From Bacteroidota bacterium (GTDB lineage Bacteria > Bacteroidota > Bacteroidia > Cytophagales > UBA9547), in the NCBI GenBank assembly GCA_033763735.1, contig JANRJY010000115.1, positions 26,612 to 90,611 on the forward strand: a stretch of 64,000 nt of DNA, in the 5' to 3' direction. This document shows, piece after piece, positions 44,500-53,929 of this stretch. The notes under the pieces were generated by a model that was given only the letters and a program-made list of their open reading frames with translations, searched no databases and had not been told where the DNA came from. Both the position numbers and the translations under genes were made by a program. How positions within the stretch are numbered: position 1 is the stretch's first letter; each line of letters starts with the position of its first letter.

Positions 44500-45429
44500 T
44501 TATTCAAACCACATTTTATATTCTCTATAAATGGAATTGTCTTTTGGAATAGCTCCATTAATTTGGCAAATGTTAGCTGAAAAAGATAAAGAACGCTCCA
44601 ATATAGTTCTGGGAGGCCATCCAAGTATATTACCGATGGCATATACCGCTGCAAATGCATCACCGGCACCAACAGTATCTATTTTATTATCAAGTGGTTT
44701 TGCTTTTTGTTCATATACTTCATGTTTTGATGTAATGATTCTGGCTCCTTTTTCTGCCATAGTCATAACTACTTGATCTAAATGATAATTAGACATTAAG
44801 TAAAAAATGAAATCAAATTCGTCTGTAAATTTCTCGTTTTTGAAATACTTATTTCTCAGTAATTCAAGTTCTTCATGATTGACTTTAAGTATATCACATG
44901 ATATCAAACTACTTTCTATAACATCCCACGAATGGTATCCTTGCCTTATATTGATATCAAATAATACCTTTTCAGCCACTACATCATCATCTGGAAGACA
45001 CTTATTTAAGATATTTCTATTGTGGGAGGTCCTTTGAATTAGGCTGCCAAAATAAAACATACTTACACCTTTAGATAGTAAAGTCTTCAGATTTTTGGAT
45101 AAATCAATAAAATCCCAAGCAGCATTTTCTAAAATTTCATACTGAGCCTGACCTTTACTGTCTACAGAAACTAGTACCACGCCTGTATATTGTTTTTCTG
45201 ATTCTTGTAAATATGTACAAGGGAAATTGATTTTTTTGAAGTAGTTTTTTATCAATTGTCCGCGTTCATCTATCCCAATTCGACTCACAAAAATTGGTTC
45301 AATAGGTAAGTTAAAAATAGTACTGAATTGGTGAATATGTGATATGAAATTAAAAGGTGCTCCACCCAAAACCTCATGATCAGGAAAACTATCAAACAAT
45401 ATTTCACCAAAGGCAAGTACCCGATGCAT
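44500..45429 (-). CDS. PfkB family carbohydrate kinase
   Basis: GGAPFN and DTVGAGDAF motifs. Confidence 0.9.
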   Translation of the reverse strand: MHRVLAFGEILFDSFPDHEVLGGAPFNFISHIHQFSTIFNLPIEPIFVSRIGIDERGQLIKNYFKKINFPCTYLQESEKQYTGVVLVSVDSKGQAQYEILENAAWDFIDLSKNLKTLLSKGVSMFYFGSLIQRTSHNRNILNKCLPDDDVVAEKVLFDINIRQGYHSWDVIESSLISCDILKVNHEELELLRNKYFKNEKFTDEFDFIFYLMSNYHLDQVVMTMAEKGARIITSKHEVYEQKAKPLDNKIDTVGAGDAFAAVYAIGNILGWPPRTILERSLSFSANICQINGAIPKDNSIYREYKMWFE

Positions 45430-45532
45430 CAGATATTATTATGGGTTGTTAAAATAGTAAAATTTATTAGATAATCAATTCGTTTTGGCTATTTTTGCAC
45501 TCCTTTTTCAAAAAACGACTCAAAAGCAGTTT

Positions 45533-46876
45533 ATGGATATCACTTTAGAAAAGAAAGACAAAGTTAATGCATTCATCAAAATAAATTTGAAAGAAGCTGA
45601 TTATAAAGAAAAATATACTTCCAAACTTAAAGAATACGGAAAAAAAGCGCAATTAAAAGGTTTCCGTCCCGGTCATGTACCTCCTTCATTAATTGAAAAA
45701 ATGTATGGTAAAAGTATATTGGTTGATGAAATTAATAGCCTTTTGTCAACTTCCATTATGGATTATATCAAAACCAATCAAATTGATATTCTTGGTGAAC
45801 CAATGCCTCAGAAAGAAGATGCAGAACGCATTGATTGGGATAATCAGAAAGATTTCAATTTTACTTATAATTTGGGACTTACTCCTGAATTTCAGATGGA
45901 GATTTCAGACAAAATTGTATTTGACAATTATAAAATAAATTATGGAGATAAAATTGTAAAAGAGACCATCGAAAATCTCAGAAAACAATTCGGTACCTAT
46001 TCGGATGTTGATACAATTAGCATTGATGATATTTTATATGCCGATGCTAAAGATTTGGCAACAGGTAAAGTTTACAAATCAATAACACCAATGAATAGAG
46101 TTTCGGAAGCTTCTTTGAAAGTACTGAAAACAAAAAAAGTAGGTGATAAGTATGTAGAGGATCTAAACGTAGTTTATCCTGAATCAGCTTCTATTGCTTA
46201 TGCATTGGGAATTGATAAAAAAGAAGCAGAGACACTTTCAGGAAGTTTTGAATTTACAATTGAGCGCATCAGCAGTCCACAAGGAGCGGAATTGGATGAG
46301 ACTTTCTTCAAAAAAGTTTTTCGCACAGAAAACATCACTGATTATGCCACATTTGAAGCTAAATTAAAGGAAAACATAGCTCAGAATTATCAAATGGAAG
46401 GTAAAAATGCCTTGGCAAATGATATATTTGATTATTATACCAAAAACACCAAAATTGAGTTTCCAACTGAATTTTTGAAGGATTGGTTATATGTGGCTAA
46501 TGAAGGTAAATTAACCAAAGACCAAATCGAAGAACAATATCCTTCATTTGAAACCAGCTTACGTTGGGATTTGATCAAAAACAAGGTAGCCAAAGATTTT
46601 GAGATCAAGGTTGAACATAATGAAGTAATGGACAGAGCTCGCGCAATGGTTCAGTCACAATTTGGTTTGCAAGGTCAATTAGAAGAAGAAATGCAAAAAA
46701 TTGTGGACCAATGGGCGGATAATTTGCTAAAACGTGATAATGGTAAAGAGTACAGAAAAATGTTTGAGGAAATTTATTCAGACAAAGTAATTGAGACCAT
46801 TTCGGGAAAAGTAAAATTGAAAGATATCTCTATAGATATAGAAGAGTTCAAGAAAAAAAGAGAAGCTAAGAAGTAA
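45533..46876 (+). CDS. tig: Trigger factor
   Basis: KGFRPGHVP ribosome-binding signature; start set at ATG 45533. Confidence 0.93.
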   Translation: MDITLEKKDKVNAFIKINLKEADYKEKYTSKLKEYGKKAQLKGFRPGHVPPSLIEKMYGKSILVDEINSLLSTSIMDYIKTNQIDILGEPMPQKEDAERIDWDNQKDFNFTYNLGLTPEFQMEISDKIVFDNYKINYGDKIVKETIENLRKQFGTYSDVDTISIDDILYADAKDLATGKVYKSITPMNRVSEASLKVLKTKKVGDKYVEDLNVVYPESASIAYALGIDKKEAETLSGSFEFTIERISSPQGAELDETFFKKVFRTENITDYATFEAKLKENIAQNYQMEGKNALANDIFDYYTKNTKIEFPTEFLKDWLYVANEGKLTKDQIEEQYPSFETSLRWDLIKNKVAKDFEIKVEHNEVMDRARAMVQSQFGLQGQLEEEMQKIVDQWADNLLKRDNGKEYRKMFEEIYSDKVIETISGKVKLKDISIDIEEFKKKREAKK

Positions 46877-46916
46877 TTTTGAATGTTAAACAGTTAATAA
46901 TTATTAATTAATAATT

Positions 46917-47288
46917 ATGAAAGTGGATGACATGTTGATTTTAATGATTGAACCTAAGGTTAGGGAAATTCAAGAGCGATTTTCTAAAGGCGAAGGTTTG
47001 ACTAATGAAGATATCAATACTCTTTTACTAAAATCTCAATACAATCATATTAATCATTTAGATGCCAAGCTAAATGAAGTAACTGCTGATGTGGCTTCAT
47101 TGAAAACTGTATTTGCAGAACTAAAGGCTGATTTTAAAAATCTCGAGTTAAAATTTGACAAACTAGAAACCAATTTGGATTTAAAAATTCAAAAAGCACT
47201 TAATAGCAACATCAAATGGAGTGTTGGGTTGGTGGCTTTTGTGGTTACTTTTTTGAAATTGGTTGAAATGATATTGGCTAAGATTTAA
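46917..47288 (+). CDS. Coiled-coil protein with C-terminal TM helix
   Basis: LLLKSQYNHINHLD, heptad repeats, hydrophobic tail. Confidence 0.6.
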   Translation: MKVDDMLILMIEPKVREIQERFSKGEGLTNEDINTLLLKSQYNHINHLDAKLNEVTADVASLKTVFAELKADFKNLELKFDKLETNLDLKIQKALNSNIKWSVGLVAFVVTFLKLVEMILAKI

Positions 47289-47306
47289 GCCTTTGTCTTT
47301 TTGTTT

Positions 47307-48332
47307 TTACAACGACTTCCTCAATATTAAACTTCCTGGGTTTTCAATTCTGCCTTTAGTCTTATTCTTTATCATTAATGCTGCATTTTTGCCCAATAAA
47401 GCAAAGTCAGTAGAAATGACTGAAATGCCACCTTCTAATATTTCTTTCATGGGCGTGTCGTCATAAGAAATTAATCCGATATCCTTACCTAATTCCAATT
47501 GTTTTGAACGGCATGTTTTGATTAGTTCAATAAGATCATTATCATTATAAATAATAAAACATTTACCTTTTTGGACCAAATCGGGTTTTAAGTCATTCTC
47601 AAAAGAATATTTGATATTGTATTGATCACAGAACTTATTGAAGCCAATAATATTGTCTTCCGGAATAAATTGAAAGCTTTTTTTGCTCAGTATAAATGTA
47701 ATGGATTGGTATTTTTTAATTTTATCCAGAGCTTTTACCAGACTATCAAAAATGTCTTTTTCAAATGCCTGACAAATAGTAGGGTAATGGTCACTGAGAG
47801 ATTTTACTTCGTTATCTATAATTAAGGTTCGATCTTTTGGTAATTTTTTGACCACTTTTGAGACATCTTCCTTGATGTGCGGCATAATGACATAATAGTT
47901 GAAATTACCTATATTTTCATTGATCAGATTTTCGAATAATTTGAAATTGTAGTGATGATAAAAAATAGTTACCGAACTTGAAGGTACACCCAATTCATTA
48001 ACAAAAGAATCGTAAATTATTTGCTTAAATGGATTAATTTGATCAAAAATCATGAAGATATTAAAATCAATATCAACATTGGATTTGCTTACATAAAATC
48101 CCTTTCCATGAGTTGAGGATATTATTCCACTGGCTCGTAAGGAATTATATGCAGTTACAACAGTGCCTTTGGCTAAGTTGTATTCATCGCAAATTTCATT
48201 TATTGAGGGTAAAAGATCTCCTTTTTTTAATAGTTTGCTTTCTATACCTGATTTTACAGAATCTATTATTTGCTTGTAAATCGGAGTTTTAAGTGTATTG
48301 TCTATTTGAATAATCGTCTTTATCTCTTTCAT
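47307..48332 (-). CDS. GntR family regulator with periplasmic-binding-protein-like effector domain
   Basis: PIYKQI, LPSINE and HGKGFYV wHTH; ISYDD...STDF effector domain; divergent from the sugar operon. Confidence 0.9.
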   Translation of the reverse strand: MKEIKTIIQIDNTLKTPIYKQIIDSVKSGIESKLLKKGDLLPSINEICDEYNLAKGTVVTAYNSLRASGIISSTHGKGFYVSKSNVDIDFNIFMIFDQINPFKQIIYDSFVNELGVPSSSVTIFYHHYNFKLFENLINENIGNFNYYVIMPHIKEDVSKVVKKLPKDRTLIIDNEVKSLSDHYPTICQAFEKDIFDSLVKALDKIKKYQSITFILSKKSFQFIPEDNIIGFNKFCDQYNIKYSFENDLKPDLVQKGKCFIIYNDNDLIELIKTCRSKQLELGKDIGLISYDDTPMKEILEGGISVISTDFALLGKNAALMIKNKTKGRIENPGSLILRKSL

Positions 48333-48383
48333 CCTAATATTCAGTCTGATACGCAAGTTAGTGCAAAAAATGTTAAAATATTA

Positions 48384-48439
48384 TTGGAAATAGAAAAACA
48401 ATATTTACATTTGTGGTATAATAGTACAGTATAGTACAG
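48384..48439 (+). promoter_or_regulatory. Bacteroidota promoter with tandem operator candidate
   Basis: TTG (48384)-N19-TACATTTG (48406-48413); ATAGTACAG repeated at 48421 and 48431. Confidence 0.55.
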
Positions 48440-48454
48440 ATAAACATTAAAATT

Positions 48455-49450
48455 ATGATAATCATACAAGAATATTCTTTAGCAGTGTTTTTTTGTGTGC
48501 TGGCAATGATCTTCTGGGGGTCGTGGCAAAATTCTCGTAATTTGATCAGCGCTGATTGGCGTTTTGAGCTATTTTATTGGGACTTCATTTCAGGCGTACT
48601 TATTATATCGTTTTTAGCAGCCATCACAGTAGGAAGTATGGGTTCGGTGGGACAAACATTTTGGCAAAGTGCTTCGCAGGCTGATTGGAATTCGATTGGA
48701 TCGGCAATGACAGGTGGTTTATTATGGAACATTGGTACCTTGCTTTTGGTTGCAGGTATATCTATCTCAGGAATGGCAACTGCATTCCCCGTGGGGGGTG
48801 GAATTGCCTGGTTATTAGGTATTTTGGTCAATTATTTAGGTGATCCTAAAGGGAATCCAATATTGATTTTATCTGGATGCATTTGTATTGCAGCTGCCAT
48901 AGTTTTTTGTGCATTATCTTACAAGAAATTGCCTCAAAATGTAACTAATACTTCATTCAAAGGTATTTATTTGGCCGCAATAGCAGGAGTGCTAATTGCC
49001 TTTTTTTATCGGTTTGTAGCCTTTTCGTTAGTTTCTGATTTTAATAATCCTGAAGTGGGAAAGTTAACACCGCTGACAGGTGTATTTTTCTTTTGTTTAG
49101 GAGCTTTCTTAAGCACTTTTATCTTGAATCCAATTGTAATGAGAAAACCATTTCAGGGAACTCCGGTGAGTATTAGTATGTATTTCGCTGCTCCTATCAA
49201 AAATCATATCATTGGTATTTTTGGTGGCATGCTTTGGTGCATCGGTATGATATTTAGTTTTATGGCTTCCAATGCTGCAGGGTTTGCCATATCATATGCG
49301 GTTAGCAATGCGGCTCCTGTAGTAGCTGCCATTTGGGGGATATTTGTTTGGAAAGAATTCAAAACAGCTCCCAAAAGTGTGAATATACTCTTGGCAAGTA
49401 TGTTTTTGTTTTATCTAATAGGGTTAGCATTGATAGTGAGTAGTAAGTAG
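48455..49450 (+). CDS. GRP/DMT-superfamily sugar transporter
   Basis: About 10 TM; WGSW, WRFELFYWD and WGIFVWKEF motifs. Confidence 0.8.
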   Translation: MIIIQEYSLAVFFCVLAMIFWGSWQNSRNLISADWRFELFYWDFISGVLIISFLAAITVGSMGSVGQTFWQSASQADWNSIGSAMTGGLLWNIGTLLLVAGISISGMATAFPVGGGIAWLLGILVNYLGDPKGNPILILSGCICIAAAIVFCALSYKKLPQNVTNTSFKGIYLAAIAGVLIAFFYRFVAFSLVSDFNNPEVGKLTPLTGVFFFCLGAFLSTFILNPIVMRKPFQGTPVSISMYFAAPIKNHIIGIFGGMLWCIGMIFSFMASNAAGFAISYAVSNAAPVVAAIWGIFVWKEFKTAPKSVNILLASMFLFYLIGLALIVSSK

Positions 49451-49451
49451 T

Positions 49452-49558
49452 TTTAGTTATGAGCTATAAGCTATTAGTTGTGAATATTAAGTTAGTAAAT
49501 CATACATCAAGAATCGTAATTCATAATTCGTAAATCAAAATTCGTAATTCGTAAATCA
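49452..49558. repeat. Degenerate heptamer repeats (TTAGTTA-like, then AATTCGT/AATCGTA)
   Basis: AATCGTAATTCATAATTCGTAAATCAAAATTCGTAATTCGTAAATC. Confidence 0.65.
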
Positions 49559-49564
49559 ATATAG

Positions 49565-50578
49565 ATGAAATTAAAGTTTGCAGTAATAGGTTGTGGATTT
49601 TGGTCGCATTTTCAAGTGGCTGCGTGGTTTGAATTGCATGGGGTAGAATTAGTGGCAGTATGTGATAAAGATGCAAATAAGGCTGAAGCATTGGCTGCAA
49701 AATTCGGTATTCCTAAGGTATACACCGATGCAGATACCATGTTCAAAAATGAGAAATTAGATTTTGTAGATATTATCTCGAGTGTAGACACGCATCGCTT
49801 ATTTGTTGAAAAAGCAGCTCAATATAAAGTGAATGCCATTTGTCAAAAGCCAATGGCGGATAATTTGCCAGATGCGTTGAAGATGATGGAAACTATTCGC
49901 AAAGCAGGTATCCAATTTTATGTGCATGAAAACTTTCGCTGGCAAGCACCTATTCGTAGAGTAAAGGAATTATTGAATGCTAATGTGATTGGCCGACCTT
50001 TCAAAGCAAATCTTCGTTTTTGCTGTAGTTTTCCGGTGTTTGATAACCAACCGATATTGAAGGAATTACATCAATTTATTATCGCTGACTTAGGTGTGCA
50101 TGTGTTGGATGTAGCCAGGATGTATTTTGGTGAAGTGGATACACTTTATTGCAGAACACAAAAGGTAAATCAATCGATCAATGGGGAAGACGTAGCAAAT
50201 ATCATGTTGCAAATGGAAAATGGCGTACAATGTTATGTTGAGTTGTCCTATGCTTCCATTCTTGAAAATGAGCGGTTTCCTCAAACCTTTGTATTGATTG
50301 AGGCGGAGAAAGGATCGATGTATTTGGGACCTGATGGAGAAATCAGAATAACCACTAAGCAAGGAACTACTGTTGAACATATAAAACCTGTAATGTATTC
50401 TTGGTTGGATCCAGCATATGCGGTTGCGCATTCCAGTGCGGTAGATACCAATAGGAATATTTTGCAAGGACTAATGGGAAAAACAGCCGAAACAACCGGA
50501 GAGGACAATATCAAAACGGTTAAGTTGGTTTTTGCTGCGTATGAATCAGCCAAAACAGGAAAAGCATTGAAATTATGA
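49565..50578 (+). CDS. Gfo/Idh/MocA oxidoreductase, putative D-apiose dehydrogenase (ApsD-like)
   Basis: VIGCGFW, CQKP, HENFRWQ and DLGVH motifs; apiose gene context. Confidence 0.75.
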   Translation: MKLKFAVIGCGFWSHFQVAAWFELHGVELVAVCDKDANKAEALAAKFGIPKVYTDADTMFKNEKLDFVDIISSVDTHRLFVEKAAQYKVNAICQKPMADNLPDALKMMETIRKAGIQFYVHENFRWQAPIRRVKELLNANVIGRPFKANLRFCCSFPVFDNQPILKELHQFIIADLGVHVLDVARMYFGEVDTLYCRTQKVNQSINGEDVANIMLQMENGVQCYVELSYASILENERFPQTFVLIEAEKGSMYLGPDGEIRITTKQGTTVEHIKPVMYSWLDPAYAVAHSSAVDTNRNILQGLMGKTAETTGEDNIKTVKLVFAAYESAKTGKALKL

Positions 50579-50730
50579 TTTATGATTTACGATTTACGAT
50601 TTTTGAATTACGATTTACGATTGTTGATTTACGATTTTCAAATTCACTAATTCAGTTATTCAATCATTCAAAACTCAATCATATATTCACTTACTCATTC
50701 AAAATTCACTAACTCACTAATTCAGTCATT
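50574..50730. repeat. Heptamer (TTTACGA) and octamer (ATTCAATC/ATTCACTA) short tandem repeats
   Basis: About 9 TTTACGA-like units at 50574-50637, then ATTCAxxx units; more octamers at 51551-51584. Confidence 0.75.
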
Positions 50731-50733
50731 CCC

Positions 50734-51549
50734 TTGAAACTCGGCATCAGCACATATACTTTTACTTGGGCAATTGGTGTACCCGGACATATTCCGGCTC
50801 ATCCTTTGACAGCATTTCAATTAGTGGAAAAAGCTGCCAAATATGATGTTGATTGTGTTCAAATTGCAGATAATTTGCCATTGGATACGTTTACGAATGA
50901 TGATCTAATTTTACTTAAAAATCATGCTGATAAAGAAAATATTAATATTGAAGTAGGGATGAGGGGCTTGAAAATTCCAAAAGTACTCCAATACCTGGAA
51001 ATAGCTCGTTTGTTTAATTCATCTTTCTTACGAATTGTAATTGATGAGAATGAATTTCATCCCTCATTGGAAGAGATCATCAGTCTATTGAAAGAGTTGA
51101 TGCCATCTTTTGAAAATCACAACATTGTACTTGCCATTGAAAATCATGATAGATTTCTCGCTGCTGAATTCAAATATATCATTGAATCTGTCGGGTCTAA
51201 ATATCTAGGAATTTGTCTGGATTCAGTGAATTCGATGGGGGCTGGGGAAGGATTTCGAGAAGTTTCAGAGACTCTTTTACCTTTTACGGTTAATCTTCAT
51301 TTAAAAGATTTCAACATAACGCGAGTGTCACATATGATGGGATTTGATATTTTGGGGGCACCAGCAGGACAAGGTATGATAAATGTCAATGAGATCATTG
51401 CTAGAGCATCTTCTAATGGTAAATGTGTGTCGGCAATTTTGGAATTGTGGACACCATTTGTCAATTCAATTGAAGAAACAATTGCATTGGAACAGAAATG
51501 GGCAGATGAAAGTATTTCGTTCTTGAAAAAATTAATAAATAAAAGCTAA
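50734..51549 (+). CDS. Xylose-isomerase-like TIM barrel, putative 3-oxo-isoapionate decarboxylase (OiaC-like)
   Basis: AIENH, CLDSVN, HLKDF and ILELW motifs; directly upstream of the ApnO-like gene. Confidence 0.65.
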   Translation: MKLGISTYTFTWAIGVPGHIPAHPLTAFQLVEKAAKYDVDCVQIADNLPLDTFTNDDLILLKNHADKENINIEVGMRGLKIPKVLQYLEIARLFNSSFLRIVIDENEFHPSLEEIISLLKELMPSFENHNIVLAIENHDRFLAAEFKYIIESVGSKYLGICLDSVNSMGAGEGFREVSETLLPFTVNLHLKDFNITRVSHMMGFDILGAPAGQGMINVNEIIARASSNGKCVSAILELWTPFVNSIEETIALEQKWADESISFLKKLINKS

Positions 51550-51597
51550 AATTCAATCATTCAATCATTTAATAATTCAATCATTTTAAATTCTAAT

Positions 51598-52452
51598 ATG
51601 AAAGTAGCATTAGTAGGAGCCGGAGGCAAAATGGGATGCAGGCTCACAGACAACTTCTTGAAATCTAAAAAATATGATGTTTCATTTATAGAAGTGAGTG
51701 ATGCCGGTAAGGAGCGACTAGCACAGCGTGGGGTGACCGTTTCCAGTGACGCTGTTATAGCAGACGCTGATGCTGTCATATTAGCTGTTCCGGACATTTA
51801 CATTGGAAAAGTGGCAACTCATTATTTGCAGACTTTTAAAAAAGGTTGTATCGTTATCACACTTGATCCCGCTGCTGCAGTAGGGGGGCATTTACCGAAA
51901 AGAGACGATATTACCTATTTTGTTGCACATCCTGCTCATCCTTCTGTGTTCAATTGGGAGGCCGATAAACAAAAACATTTTGATTATTTTGGTGGGATAA
52001 CTGCTACACAATCCATTGTATGTGCGCTTTTTCAAGGACCGGAAGAGCATTATCAAATAGGTGAGGACATGGCTAAGATATTTTATCAACCGGTAAGCAG
52101 AGCACACAGAATAACAGCGGAACATATGGCATTATTAGAACCTGGATTGGCAGAGACTTTTCTTGGTGCAGTGATGTTTACCATGCGCGAAGCAATGGAA
52201 GAAATCATCAAAAAAGGAGTGCCTAGAGAGGCCGCTTTTGACTTCTTTATGGGACATATTAATATCGACCTGGCATTGTGCTTTGATCAGATACCAGGTG
52301 GCGTATTCTCAGATGCTTGCTATAAAGCTATCAAAATAGGTAAACCACTTATTTTCAAAGAAGACTGGAAAAAAGTGCTTGATCCTGAGCATGTTAAATA
52401 TCAGATTGGGATTATGACAGATCCAAATGTGCCTGTGGTACGTGATCTTTAA
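51598..52452 (+). CDS. Putative D-apionate oxidoisomerase (ApnO-like)
   Basis: VALVGAGGKMGCR, ILAVPD, LDPAA, HPAHP, LEPGLAET, FFMGH and FSDAC motifs. Confidence 0.75.
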   Translation: MKVALVGAGGKMGCRLTDNFLKSKKYDVSFIEVSDAGKERLAQRGVTVSSDAVIADADAVILAVPDIYIGKVATHYLQTFKKGCIVITLDPAAAVGGHLPKRDDITYFVAHPAHPSVFNWEADKQKHFDYFGGITATQSIVCALFQGPEEHYQIGEDMAKIFYQPVSRAHRITAEHMALLEPGLAETFLGAVMFTMREAMEEIIKKGVPREAAFDFFMGHINIDLALCFDQIPGGVFSDACYKAIKIGKPLIFKEDWKKVLDPEHVKYQIGIMTDPNVPVVRDL

Positions 52453-52488
52453 GAATTTTATATTTTCAAGTCTAAAATTAATAGCAAT

Positions 52489-53865
52489 ATGAAATATTTA
52501 TTGATTATTCTATCCCTTTTGAGTTTTACAATTCAGGCACAGTTTAAGAGCCAACGATTAAAAGTTTCTGACAACAAACGTTTCCTCGTTTATGAGGATG
52601 GTACACCTTTCTTTTATTTGGGTGATACTGGTTGGGAATTGTTTCATCGATTAGACAGAGAGCAAGCTGAAAGATACCTTAAAAAACGCTCTGAGCAAGG
52701 GTTTACGGTAATACAAGCGGTGGCTATTGCAGAAGAAAATGGTTTAAAAGATCCCAATCCATACGGTGAAGTTCCATTGATCGATTTGGATCCCACCAAA
52801 CCTAATGAAAAGTATTTTCAACATGTAGATTATATCATTGATTTGGCAGCTAAATATGGAATTTTCATTGCTTTACTACCTACTTGGGGCGACAAAGTAG
52901 ATAAAATGCAGTGGGGGCAAGGACCGGAAATTTTCAATCATGAAAACATCCGTAGCTATGGAAAATGGATTGGGAACAGGTACAAGGACAAAACAAATAT
53001 CATCTGGGTAAATGGCGGTGACAGGGAGCCCAAACCTGCCCATATATTCATTTGGAGGGCATTGGCTGAAGGAATTATTGAAGGAGTTGGGAATAAGGAC
53101 AAAGCGCTAATATCGTTTCACCCTCCGGGTGGAACAGGTTCGTCCAATTGGTTACACAAAGAGGAGTGGCTGGATTTCAATATGTTACAAACAGGACATT
53201 GCCGCGATGTGGATGTTTATACACGTATTGCAAAAGACTATAATTTAATTCCCACCAAACCTACGATGGATGCTGAACCTATCTATGAAGACCATCCGGT
53301 ATGTTTCGATGCCAAAACGCATGGCTATAGCACCGATACCGATTTGAGAAAGTCAGCTTATTGGGGTGTTTTTGCCGGAGGTCATGGACATACCTATGGC
53401 TGTCATGATGTATGGCAGATGTTTTCACCAGATAAATTACCGGTGAATAACCCACGTAGACCATGGTATGATGCCTTGGACATGATAGGTGCCAATCAAA
53501 TGAAGCATTTGAAAAATCTGATCCTTTCTCGTCCTTTTCTGAGTCGTATTCCGGATCAGTCGATGGTGGTTGGTGAAAATAAAACGGGACCTGAATATGT
53601 GGTAGCTACCCGTGATCAAAGAGGTAGTTACGCCATGGTGTACATTCCTGTAGGTAAAAAAGTAAGTATTGATTTGAGTAAACTAAGTGGATCCACATTA
53701 AAAGTATTCTGGTATAACCCAAAGGATGGAACAGTGACTATTGCATCTGATATCTCTAAAAAAGCAGTACAAGATTTTACGCCTGCAACATTAGGCAAAG
53801 GAAATGATTGGGTTTTGATTATCGATGATGCTTCGAAAGGATTTAAAGCTGTTGGAGCTAATTAA
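52489..53865 (+). CDS. GH140 (DUF4038) apiosidase-like, secreted
   Basis: PFFYLGDTGWELF, LLPTWG, WVNGGD, QTGH, DAEPIYEDHP, GHTYG and NDWVL motifs. Confidence 0.85.
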   Translation: MKYLLIILSLLSFTIQAQFKSQRLKVSDNKRFLVYEDGTPFFYLGDTGWELFHRLDREQAERYLKKRSEQGFTVIQAVAIAEENGLKDPNPYGEVPLIDLDPTKPNEKYFQHVDYIIDLAAKYGIFIALLPTWGDKVDKMQWGQGPEIFNHENIRSYGKWIGNRYKDKTNIIWVNGGDREPKPAHIFIWRALAEGIIEGVGNKDKALISFHPPGGTGSSNWLHKEEWLDFNMLQTGHCRDVDVYTRIAKDYNLIPTKPTMDAEPIYEDHPVCFDAKTHGYSTDTDLRKSAYWGVFAGGHGHTYGCHDVWQMFSPDKLPVNNPRRPWYDALDMIGANQMKHLKNLILSRPFLSRIPDQSMVVGENKTGPEYVVATRDQRGSYAMVYIPVGKKVSIDLSKLSGSTLKVFWYNPKDGTVTIASDISKKAVQDFTPATLGKGNDWVLIIDDASKGFKAVGAN

Positions 53866-53929
53866 TAAAAGGTAAAAAAAAATTATCAATTAAATAAAAA
53901 TAGCTAAAATGGTTTTTAAAATTAAAAAC

